Of a stretch of 62,404 nt of DNA, positions 1-7,029 are shown piece by piece. The position numbers and the translations under genes are program-made. Each line of letters starts with the position of its first letter. The stretch's first letter is position 1. The stretch is from Candidatus Omnitrophota bacterium (GTDB taxonomy: Bacteria; Omnitrophota; Gorgyraeia; Tantalellales; Tantalellaceae). The DNA lies in assembly GCA_016783605.1 (NCBI GenBank), contig JADHWG010000003.1, positions 1 through 62,404 on the forward strand, read 5' to 3'. The notes under the pieces were generated by a model that saw nothing but the letters and a program-made list of their open reading frames with translations, was not told the origin of the DNA and searched no databases.

Positions 1-62
1 GGTTTATCCGCCTGTTCCAACCATTTTCGGTAGGTGTCAATACTAAAAAAAATATTATCCAT
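1..62 (-). CDS. partial CDS (first ~20 codons, continues past window edge); position directly after gatC suggests gatA
   Basis: ATG at 62-60 lies 1 nt after the gatC stop. Frame MDNIFFSIDTYRKWLEQADK stays open to base 1. Too short to see a domain. Confidence 0.3.
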   Translation of the reverse strand, partial: MDNIFFSIDTYRKWLEQADK

Positions 63-63
63 T

Positions 64-384
64 TTATGCGTCTTTAATTATTTTAGGCACTTTAAAAAAA
101 TTGTCTTTTTTTGAAGGCGCGTTCTGTAACGCCTCTTCCGGCGGAATGGACTCTCCCAGAACATCTTCGCGAAATACATTCTTCATAGAAGAAAGTACAT
201 GTGTGGTAGGCAAAACATTCTCAACATCAACCTCATTTAACTGCTCAATATACCCCAATATCCCGGCAAGCTGATCCTTAAACGTAACGATCTCCCCGTC
301 ATCAAGCCGAAGACGAGAAAGATCAGCCACATAACGCACATCATCCTCAGTAATAGTTTTCCCAGCAATTTTCTTCTTTCTCAT
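64..384 (-). CDS. gatC: Asp/Glu-tRNA(Asn/Gln) amidotransferase subunit C
   Basis: 106-aa ORF with the full-length GatC pattern (DVRYVADLSRLRL..E...F..QL..IL.YIEQLNEVDV..V.PT). ATG start at 384. Confidence 0.9.
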   Translation of the reverse strand: MRKKKIAGKTITEDDVRYVADLSRLRLDDGEIVTFKDQLAGILGYIEQLNEVDVENVLPTTHVLSSMKNVFREDVLGESIPPEEALQNAPSKKDNFFKVPKIIKDA

Positions 385-393
385 GATGGAGAT

Positions 394-422
394 ACGATAT
401 CATAATAGTAGTTGTAAGTCAA
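394..422 (-). promoter_or_regulatory. candidate sigma70-type promoter for gatC (TTGACT-17 nt-TATCGT)
   Basis: Minus strand reads TTGACT (422-417), a 17-nt spacer, TATCGT (399-394). Only 9 nt remain to the ATG, so the mRNA may be leaderless or short-leader. Motif match only. Confidence 0.3.
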
Positions 423-558
423 TATGGCGATTGGCTAAAGTCCTCTTTGAAAGTCCCCTTTAAAAAAGAAGATAGAGGATTTTTTCCGCCACTAACCTTG
501 CAAGTTAGTGATGGAGTTCACACCCTACTGTCGACAATTTGTCGACAGTTCAGTACCA

Positions 559-903
559 CGATTCAGCCCCATACGTGTGTGGGGAACATATTTCAGTCCG
601 TGACAAAATGTCACGACGTCACTTCCCTCCGCAGTTCATCTCACGCGTGTGGGGAACATCATCTTGTTGACGTCAACAAAATGATAAAAACCGGTTCATC
701 CCCACGTGTGTGGGGAACATAACTTGGTGGTATGCCATACACACAAGAAGAACGGTTCATCCCCACGTGTGTGGGGAACATCATGTTTACGTTTGATACA
801 ATAGTGTATCCGGCGGTTCATCCCCACGTGTGTGGGGAACATTCCGTCAAGCGGCACGTCATAGTGAAACGTCTCGGTTCATCCCCACGTGTGTGGGGAA
901 CAT
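559..903 (-). CRISPR. CRISPR array, type I-E-like repeat, 6 repeats / 5 spacers, no cas genes in window
   Basis: Four perfect 29-nt repeats CGGTTCATCCCCACGTGTGTGGGGAACAT at 692, 753, 814 and 875 (61-nt period, 32-nt spacers). Two degenerate repeats at 559-589 and 632-659. The reverse complement ATGTTCCCCACACACGTGGGGATGAACCG aligns with the E. coli I-E repeat GTGTTCCCCGCGCCAGCGGGGATAAACCG. Confidence 0.92.
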
Positions 904-1037
904 ACTTCTAATTTCGATTTAAAAGGCTCTGGATAAAATAGGGACGATAAAATAGGGACAGACACCATTTTTTGTTCATTGCTCAGACACCCCATAAAAT
1001 GTGGTGTCTGTCCCTATTTTCCGAAAATTAAGATTTG
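904..1037 (-). promoter_or_regulatory. putative CRISPR leader (AT-rich, adjacent to the perfect-repeat end)
   Basis: Repeat orientation and repeat decay at the low-coordinate end place the leader here. It contains a tandem GATAAAATAGGGAC x2 and an 18-bp-stem inverted repeat. No promoter was mapped. Confidence 0.4.
949..1020. repeat. inverted repeat AAAATAGGGACAGACACC (949-966) / GGTGTCTGTCCCTATTTT (1003-1020); left arm is copy 1 of a 25-bp direct repeat
   Basis: Read directly: 18-bp perfect stem with a 36-nt loop. It lies just downstream of the vapC stop on the minus strand, so it may terminate or insulate transcription before the CRISPR leader. Confidence 0.85.
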
Positions 1038-1442
1038 TCAATCTGTCATCTTGTGGATTTTTAAGCTTGTACATGCGGCTATCGAATCGAAATCTTTATC
1101 TTTATGGAAAAGCAAGAGGTTATTTTCAATGGCTACCGCGGCAATAATGCCATCAACAGTTGTAGATACGGTTTTTCCCTTCCTTCTGCAGGCGCGGTAA
1201 ATGTTTGCCGCCTGAATAAAATTATCCAGGTTGATTGTCCTTATGATGGGGAACTTGGTAAGATATGATTTTACAAGATCAAACATTTTTTCATCTTTAA
1301 TCCCTTGAAGTATCTCAGTAAGGTTGATATCAATAAGACAAATATCCGCGTCTGCTTCAATAAGACGTTTTAATTCCTTAGCATGCGGAGAATGGGGATG
1401 ATCAAAAAAATCTATCCATACGGAAGTATCAACTAAAATCAA
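1038..1442 (-). CDS. vapC: type II toxin, PIN-domain ribonuclease VapC
   Basis: PIN pattern (ILVDTSVWIDFF ... acidic residues ... TVDGIIAAVAIENNLLLFHKDKDF). A TTG start at 1442 overlaps the vapB TGA stop (TTGA). The track ORF to 1577 is an upstream extension. Confidence 0.8.
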   Translation of the reverse strand: MILVDTSVWIDFFDHPHSPHAKELKRLIEADADICLIDINLTEILQGIKDEKMFDLVKSYLTKFPIIRTINLDNFIQAANIYRACRRKGKTVSTTVDGIIAAVAIENNLLLFHKDKDFDSIAACTSLKIHKMTD

Positions 1443-1639
1443 GACCGTGCCTTTCTCATTTTGTCTAAGCTGCCTTCCCAGCAACCCGAACCCATCAGTT
1501 TCAGTATATTTTTTCTTTTTAATCTTCTGACGAATTCCTGCAGGGCATGATTGATTAGTTCCTTTTTTGTTTTGCAATCCGATATTTTCATGCCTTCTTT
1601 TACCAATTTGTCGTTTAGGTCAATGTTTGTGCGTGACAT
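1439..1639 (-). CDS. vapB: type II antitoxin, VapB-like (small DNA-binding protein)
   Basis: 66 aa (MSRTNIDLNDKLVKEGMK...) in the pattern of the small antitoxin family paired with PIN toxins. Strong RBS GGAGGTG lies 6 nt upstream of the ATG at 1639. 4-nt overlap with vapC. Confidence 0.75.
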   Translation of the reverse strand: MSRTNIDLNDKLVKEGMKISDCKTKKELINHALQEFVRRLKRKNILKLMGSGCWEGSLDKMRKARS

Positions 1640-1749
1640 TTTGTCCACCTCCATACACAAATTATACCCCATTTTTGTGTATAAATCAAATGAAACTTAA
1701 CTTTTATGTCAGAAAGTACCCACACGCTGGTCCGTCCCTACGAATATAA

Positions 1750-1774
1750 AAAATAGGGACAGACACCATTTTTT
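1750..1774. repeat. copy 2 of the 25-bp direct repeat AAAATAGGGACAGACACCATTTTTT
   Basis: Identical over 25 nt to 949-973. The two copies bracket the vapBC cassette. Confidence 0.9.
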
Positions 1775-1787
1775 ACCTGCCATTTCG

Positions 1788-2453
1788 TTATTTCCATTTG
1801 TCCAATATCTGCTGGACTTCATCTTTGACTTTCTCCCGCGCTTGCCAACGATCAACCCCCTTTGCTAACAACGAAACATACGATGTATGTTCATGCCGGA
1901 TGCAAGCAATAACGGCCAATTTAATCGCCTCCTCATCAAAATTCTTCGCCCGCGCCGAACGACCAACTCGACCGCTATATTTAAGGCAAGCGTGTTCAGC
2001 AATTCTAATATCACTTTGAGCTGGACAATGAGAATAAAGTTTCCGTATTTGTTGTGCAAAACGTTTCACATATTGCCGGTCTATAACCAGCCGACGCTCT
2101 TTCGCGCGTTCTTTTTTACGCGAACGAACTTCACTATCAGCTAAACATTCCCGTTCAGCCAATATCAAAGCCTCTTCTTCCACAAGCAATCCTTGCCGCT
2201 CATACCGCCTTCTCGCGCGAGACCATTTTAAAACAATGGCCGACATTTTTGAGTATTTTCGGGAGCGGCGTGTTAGAGCCGCACTTCCGGAAGGTAAAAA
2301 AATAAGATGTTCCAAGTCCGCGCATGACAAACACAACGCTCCTTTGTCTCGTATAAGAGTAATCCACGCCCCGCACCCGAGATCTTCCTTACATTCATCG
2401 CAAACAGAATCTCTTCCCGAAATAAAGACCTTAATCTCGTCTTTTTCGTACAT
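1788..2453 (-). CDS. DUF2293-like protein (Cys-rich N-terminus)
   Basis: 221 aa. N-terminal CxxC...CxxC, then LTRRSRKYS..VLKWSRARRRYERQGLLVEEEAL and a C-terminal IRHEHTSY..LL block, as I recall for DUF2293. Recalled from memory, not profile-checked. Confidence 0.6.
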   Translation of the reverse strand: MYEKDEIKVFISGRDSVCDECKEDLGCGAWITLIRDKGALCLSCADLEHLIFLPSGSAALTRRSRKYSKMSAIVLKWSRARRRYERQGLLVEEEALILAERECLADSEVRSRKKERAKERRLVIDRQYVKRFAQQIRKLYSHCPAQSDIRIAEHACLKYSGRVGRSARAKNFDEEAIKLAVIACIRHEHTSYVSLLAKGVDRWQAREKVKDEVQQILDKWK

Positions 2454-2486
2454 TTATTTCTCTTCCCCCCGAGCATAACCTTGCTA

Positions 2487-3089
2487 TTACCGCGAATCAA
2501 TTTCTGAAATATATCTTTTTCTTCGACGCACTTCCACCTCGGAACTGTCATTATAAATTGCCTCTGCTATTACGCGATTGGTAATGTCATCGATATGCGC
2601 ACTCAATGTTTTATTTAATTCTTGAAATTCAGGGCAAAGCGTCCCGTCAACAAAACTTTTTGAAATCAACGTCATAATTGTTGTATGTTTTTGACCACTA
2701 TAACGATATGTATCAATATCGTACCGTCGGCATAATGAAACAAAAAGCCGACGCGACCACATATCTCCAAAGCTGAATTTAAATTCAACAGGCGAATCAG
2801 TTTTTCGTATCTTTCGCAACCTGCCTCTGATTCGCTCCAACGCGTTCTTTGCCGCCTTCTTCTCGCCCTCAAAATTGGTTCCGGCAAACAACGCCTCAAT
2901 CCGTCTTAGTTTGCCAATCAATGCTCTTTCCTCATCATAAGAGCTCGTTTTCTTTTCATTCATATTTCCATCTTCCTTGTCCGCGGAATTACCCGTGTTT
3001 TCCATAGAATCGTTTTTACACATACAACATTTCTTATATTTCTTCCCACTTCCGCAAGGACACGGAGCATTTCTGCTAATTTTTTCCAT
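2487..3089 (-). CDS. SEC-C metal-binding motif protein, function unknown
   Basis: N-terminal PCPCGSGKKYKKCC is the SecA C-terminal-type zinc motif. The following helical segment LIGKLRRIEALFAGTNFEGEKKAAKNALERI loosely resembles DUF2786. Confidence 0.7.
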   Translation of the reverse strand: MEKISRNAPCPCGSGKKYKKCCMCKNDSMENTGNSADKEDGNMNEKKTSSYDEERALIGKLRRIEALFAGTNFEGEKKAAKNALERIRGRLRKIRKTDSPVEFKFSFGDMWSRRLFVSLCRRYDIDTYRYSGQKHTTIMTLISKSFVDGTLCPEFQELNKTLSAHIDDITNRVIAEAIYNDSSEVEVRRRKRYISEIDSR

Positions 3090-3107
3090 TATAACTTTCT
3101 CTCTATG

Positions 3108-3167
3108 TTAGCTAAAATTATCTCTAAGATTATCAACATAATTCCGTAAAGCAACAAAATGGGATCT
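3108..3167 (-). pseudogene. decayed C-terminal fragment of a paralog of the 191-aa gene at 5047-5622
   Basis: Minus-strand frame reads NRSHFVALRNYVDNLRDNFS* directly after a TAA. Compare PVSRNYVDYLRNSFS* at the end of 5047-5622. The last 13 codons match at about 31/39 nt by eye. Confidence 0.5.
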
Positions 3168-3187
3168 GTTTTACATGGAAACCACAT

Positions 3188-4714
3188 TTAGATCTTCATC
3201 TCTGACAATCCCAATTCATCAAGAACCCAATCAATATTAAGGTTTATGCTTTTTTGTCTATTCATTTTTTCAAGGCTATTTATATGCGATTTTATCAATT
3301 CAATTAATTTTGGACGCAACCCCGGTTCTTTTGCCGCTTGCCGGGGAGTTTTATTATCAATCATTGGAATATTTTCATCTATAAATTTCCTGTATTTGTT
3401 TTCATAAAACGCCTGCAGGATCTTCTCTTCTTCCTCTGGCGGCATAACTGCGCGCTTTTCTTTCTCTTCCGATATTTCATCAATAGGTTTATTTTTCAAC
3501 TGTTTGGCAATATCAACAATTTTTTCCTGTTTCAAAACAACTAAAGAACCAAAATATCTTATGACCATTTTTTTCGCAAATTTGTATTTTCGTTTACTAA
3601 AAACTTCTATAACTAATTTGTCAGGACGAAAACAAACATTGGCTAAGGTCCCTACCCCCAGGCTCTCATCGTTATGATGAAAAGCGGGATGCATTTCCTT
3701 CTCAATAGCTTTAGATTCTCCCGTTCGTACCCAATCATAATATAACGTATCCGCGGGATCATCTTCTTCCGGATCTTTATCATTCCATCGAAATTCGGGA
3801 TATTTCTCAAGAATCGCCCCTACTTCGCTTGCTTTCCCCTCTATGCCATAAGTGGCAACGCACTGATGTACGTCTATAGTATCCAACATTGCCTCGCGTT
3901 TTGTAAGCGCCAAATTTGTAATAAGCCGACAATATTTTCCAAAATTCTTTGATAAATGATCCTTTACTTTAAAACCCGCTCTTTTGGACTCTTTTCTGGT
4001 CTCCAAATTAATCGTATCCATAAATTCATTAAAAACAAAATCGGTAACTTCTATTCCGGAATGAGACATACGACTGAAATTGGGAAAATGGGTTAGCCAA
4101 CTAAATATTTTTACAAACCGTACAGCATTGGAAGCTGTCGACCTGTCGAACATGATAAAAGGCTTCCGTTCAGGGTCAAACATATCAATACATTCCATTG
4201 CCTGATAATTAAGTATTTTCTGAACTTCAATAATTGTCACGCGCGAGGATTTAGAATACCGCATCATTACTTTCTCGTCATTATTCAATCCTTCCCAAGA
4301 CTGAGATTCCCATTCATCAGCCAATGTTTTACCGTGATTATCCCGCTCTACAAAAAGAAGGTTGTATACCGCGGCTCCTGCCTCTACTACAAAAGATTCT
4401 TCAGATGGTATCTCTTCAAAAGACATCTCTTCCATCACCGCATTAAACCTAACTTTGCCATAATTGGAAATAACGCGTCTAATACATCTCCTAATCAGCC
4501 CGGCATCAACTTTAAGCCATAGATCATACCCTGTTGTACTAAAAGGAGAATGAACACAATCCGAACTGCATGTTATTTCTGAATTTCGTTTTCCCCCACA
4601 ACACGCCGAACATATTACGCCTCCAATCCCACCACACGCACGTTTCGCTGTTTTTCCACAAATACCACACTTATTCTTTTCACTCATAACAAACCCCTCA
4701 TCTACTTTTTGCAT
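3188..4714 (-). CDS. large hypothetical protein with N-terminal Cys-rich zinc-ribbon-like region
   Basis: 508-aa ORF. CGICGK..ACGG..VICSACCGG...CSSDC lies at the N-terminus, and the C-terminal helical motif is IPMIDNKTPRQAAKEPGLRPKLIELIKSHI. The likelier start is the ATG at 4687 (GAGGGG RBS 7 nt upstream). Confidence 0.7.
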   Translation of the reverse strand: MQKVDEGFVMSEKNKCGICGKTAKRACGGIGGVICSACCGGKRNSEITCSSDCVHSPFSTTGYDLWLKVDAGLIRRCIRRVISNYGKVRFNAVMEEMSFEEIPSEESFVVEAGAAVYNLLFVERDNHGKTLADEWESQSWEGLNNDEKVMMRYSKSSRVTIIEVQKILNYQAMECIDMFDPERKPFIMFDRSTASNAVRFVKIFSWLTHFPNFSRMSHSGIEVTDFVFNEFMDTINLETRKESKRAGFKVKDHLSKNFGKYCRLITNLALTKREAMLDTIDVHQCVATYGIEGKASEVGAILEKYPEFRWNDKDPEEDDPADTLYYDWVRTGESKAIEKEMHPAFHHNDESLGVGTLANVCFRPDKLVIEVFSKRKYKFAKKMVIRYFGSLVVLKQEKIVDIAKQLKNKPIDEISEEKEKRAVMPPEEEEKILQAFYENKYRKFIDENIPMIDNKTPRQAAKEPGLRPKLIELIKSHINSLEKMNRQKSINLNIDWVLDELGLSEMKI

Positions 4715-5046
4715 CAGTTACAACCCATTTTACAATATTTTTGCCATTTGGTGATAAAATTCTTTACCCTTTTTTGAACTCAAACCGCACGTTATTGCAA
4801 CATTGCTAACCCCATATAGAATCATGCCGCCTTGTTCTTCAATTTAATCCGCGGCAGTATGTGTAAATTTTGCACATACTGAATCTTCATGCAACTCACC
4901 ACTTTCAAAAATAGACAACAAAACATTCGGAACAGGCATACACCTCAACGAACACAAGCCTGTTCCCTACACACGTCCCATAATAGTTTGAAATGGGGCC
5001 CCATTTACCACCACCTGTCGCACTTCATCTTTAATTGTCTCCCTTT

Positions 5047-5622
5047 CTAACTAAAACTATTTCTAAGGTAATCAACATAATTTCGTGATACCGGACCTTC
5101 TTTCCATCCTCGTACGCTTCTGGTAAGTTGCCCAAAAACAGCCTCAAATTCAAGCTGGCTTAATGAACGCGTACCAAGAACAAACGCGGCTAACTGATAT
5201 ACCACATCGTGCATATCTCCGATGCTCCTACCATCCGGCCGTCTTCTTATGGCACTATAAATTCGTTCAAACTCATCATCCGTGATATCTCCTATGGAAT
5301 CAGCCACACTAAGCGCGTTACTTTCAATCGTAAAAAATAGCGGCACATATTCTTCGGGATACCGTTCCATGCTTGGCGGCGCCTTACTCCCGCGAAACAT
5401 ACCTCGTAAAGAGTCTATATACCACTTACCGGTACGCCCTTCGGATTCCAAAATAACACACCGTCTATCTTGTATAGCTAACATTTTTTCGTTATTCATC
5501 GGAAAACCGACCTGTAATAGATCTAAAGAAAGTCGATTTTTCTTTACCGCAAACTCAAGCGAAGGAAATAAATCAAACACTTCTTCCGCGTACCGCTTAC
5601 TTTTCTTTTTTTTCCACCACAT
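5047..5622 (-). CDS. hypothetical protein (191 aa) downstream of Fic
   Basis: Intact ORF 45 nt downstream of the Fic gene on the same strand. No recognisable domain. A C-terminal fragment of a paralog lies at 3108-3167. Confidence 0.6.
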   Translation of the reverse strand: MWWKKKKSKRYAEEVFDLFPSLEFAVKKNRLSLDLLQVGFPMNNEKMLAIQDRRCVILESEGRTGKWYIDSLRGMFRGSKAPPSMERYPEEYVPLFFTIESNALSVADSIGDITDDEFERIYSAIRRRPDGRSIGDMHDVVYQLAAFVLGTRSLSQLEFEAVFGQLTRSVRGWKEGPVSRNYVDYLRNSFS

Positions 5623-5667
5623 AAAAGAATCCTTTCATTAAAAATCAATCGAAAGCTATCCCTACTT

Positions 5668-6606
5668 TTATCCATTGGTTACTTTGTATTTATTCAATAT
5701 CCTGTTCGTCCGTTCCATTTCACTCATAAGGAAACAAACAAAAGGACCATCCGAGTTTGTTTGCGCGTAATGTAAAACATCGTAATATTCCATCTTTCTC
5801 GCATTCTCGATTATGACAGGCGGATACTCGTATCGTAAACATTGAAGTATCATCAAAATTCGCCCAAGTCTACCGTTACCGTCCCCAAACGGATGAATAA
5901 GTTCAAAAGAAATATGAAAATCAGCGATATCTCTAATTGTCTTTTTTGAAAGATTCTTGTTCCAGTTATTCATTAAACCCGTCATCTCTTCCACTATATC
6001 GTCAGGGTGAGTCAAGGCAATCTCCAAACTTCTAATTACTCTTTCGTGTTTAGAATAATTCCCGGCATCTTTGTGAAGTCCCTGCATTAAGTTTTCATGT
6101 AGATGTTTAATGAAATCTTGATCTATGGAATCGGCGTGTTTTCCGGTAAAAATATTTCGAAGAACCGCCGCGTGATTTGTAACTTCAAGATGTTCCTTGA
6201 GGGTCTTATCATGTATTATTGCGCCGTCAAAAATTATCCCTTCCGTTTCTCTTTTTGTAAAAGTGGTTCCCTCAATAGATGTAGAGTTATACGTATGTTC
6301 GAGTAAAAATTCATTCTGCAAATCTTCATTCTCAGCAATGATTTTCCATATTCCTTTTACTTTGTACGAATCGGCTTTATTTACAACCCCTTTTAGATAT
6401 CCCTCAGTAATTGCCGGGTATCCCACTATCTCCCGATAAAGTCTTTCAATGCCCTTCAATTTTCCGGGATGCGGCTTCGCGTGACCGTTAATCCACCGGC
6501 TTAAAGCCGCATAGGTTACCCCAAGCTTTTCCGCAAGTTTCGCTTGGGAAATCTCGCTAACTGCCAAAATATCCTTTAATTGTTCTATGTAGTTTTTGCT
6601 CATCAT
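5668..6606 (-). CDS. HTH (XRE-like) - Fic/DOC family protein
   Basis: Fic motif HPFGDGNGRLGR, an N-terminal HTH (ISQAKLAEKLGVTYAALSRWINGH) and an inhibitory-helix-like STSIEG ([ST]xxxE[GN]). ATG ATG at 6606/6603. The track extension to 6705 runs into a repeat element. Confidence 0.88.
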   Translation of the reverse strand: MMSKNYIEQLKDILAVSEISQAKLAEKLGVTYAALSRWINGHAKPHPGKLKGIERLYREIVGYPAITEGYLKGVVNKADSYKVKGIWKIIAENEDLQNEFLLEHTYNSTSIEGTTFTKRETEGIIFDGAIIHDKTLKEHLEVTNHAAVLRNIFTGKHADSIDQDFIKHLHENLMQGLHKDAGNYSKHERVIRSLEIALTHPDDIVEEMTGLMNNWNKNLSKKTIRDIADFHISFELIHPFGDGNGRLGRILMILQCLRYEYPPVIIENARKMEYYDVLHYAQTNSDGPFVCFLMSEMERTNRILNKYKVTNG

Positions 6607-6613
6607 GCATAAA

Positions 6614-6641
6614 AGTATATCATAAACTATATGTTTGTCAA
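6614..6641 (-). promoter_or_regulatory. candidate promoter for the Fic gene (TTGACA-16 nt-TATACT)
   Basis: Minus strand reads TTGACA (6641-6636), a 16-nt spacer, TATACT (6619-6614). Only 7 nt remain to the ATG, so the transcript would be leaderless or nearly so. Confidence 0.4.
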
Positions 6642-6672
6642 GTTTTAAAGGGCGAACACTTGGGTACACCCC

Positions 6673-7010
6673 TTGTATTGTCACAATTCGGGTAACGATA
6701 TACACCCTCTACGTATTCAGAATCAACTATTGATTTTATAAAGGCACTATTCGTAAAGGTAAGGGCACGGCATGCCGTGCCCCTACGAAGTTGTTTTAAG
6801 AGAAGCGGCATTAAAAAGGAGATAATTGTTGTAGGTATAGTGCCCCACACACCTACGAGATGAAATTGGGTGTTCGAATAAAGAAAAGGGCGGACACTTG
6901 GATCCGCCCCTACGAATGTTTAAACAAAGTGATCAAAAAATCCGTAGAGGCACGGCATGCCGTGCCCTTAAATTAATACCAATTTGTTACCTGAATTGTG
7001 ACAATATACA
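6673..7010 (+). mobile_element. MITE-like nested-palindrome element, family B variant (338 bp)
   Basis: Left end TTGTATTGTCACAATTCGGGTAACGATAT, right end GTTACCTGAATTGTGACAATATACA (6986-7010). The interior carries three GTAG/CTAC-headed GC hairpins (6763-6786, 6888-6913, 6944-6967). Confidence 0.7.
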
Positions 7011-7029
7011 TCCACAAATATTGGCTGTA

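Noticed and set aside
447-722. 91-aa plus-strand ORF from the track
   Set aside because: It is a translation through the CRISPR repeats (recurring CVGNI / RVWGT peptides). The periodic 61-nt structure explains it.
949-1020. Idea that the 72-bp imperfect palindrome is an integron attC site and vapBC an integron cassette
   Set aside because: There is no intI gene in the window and no GTTRRRY core sites at the palindrome ends (the nearest is GTTCATT). The second boundary has only half of the palindrome. It is kept only as a generic direct-repeat-bracketed cassette.
4730-4939. In-frame TAA as a sign of stop-codon reassignment or an alternative genetic code
   Set aside because: All housekeeping genes are intact under the standard bacterial code. 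TAA, TAG and TGA all terminate well-supported genes (e.g. TGA for vapB, pdxA, mreC). A decayed gene is the simpler explanation.
1038-7010. cas genes near the CRISPR array
   Set aside because: None of the island ORFs shows Cas1/Cas2/Cas3/Cascade motifs. They resolve to VapBC, DUF2293-like, SEC-C, Fic and unknowns.
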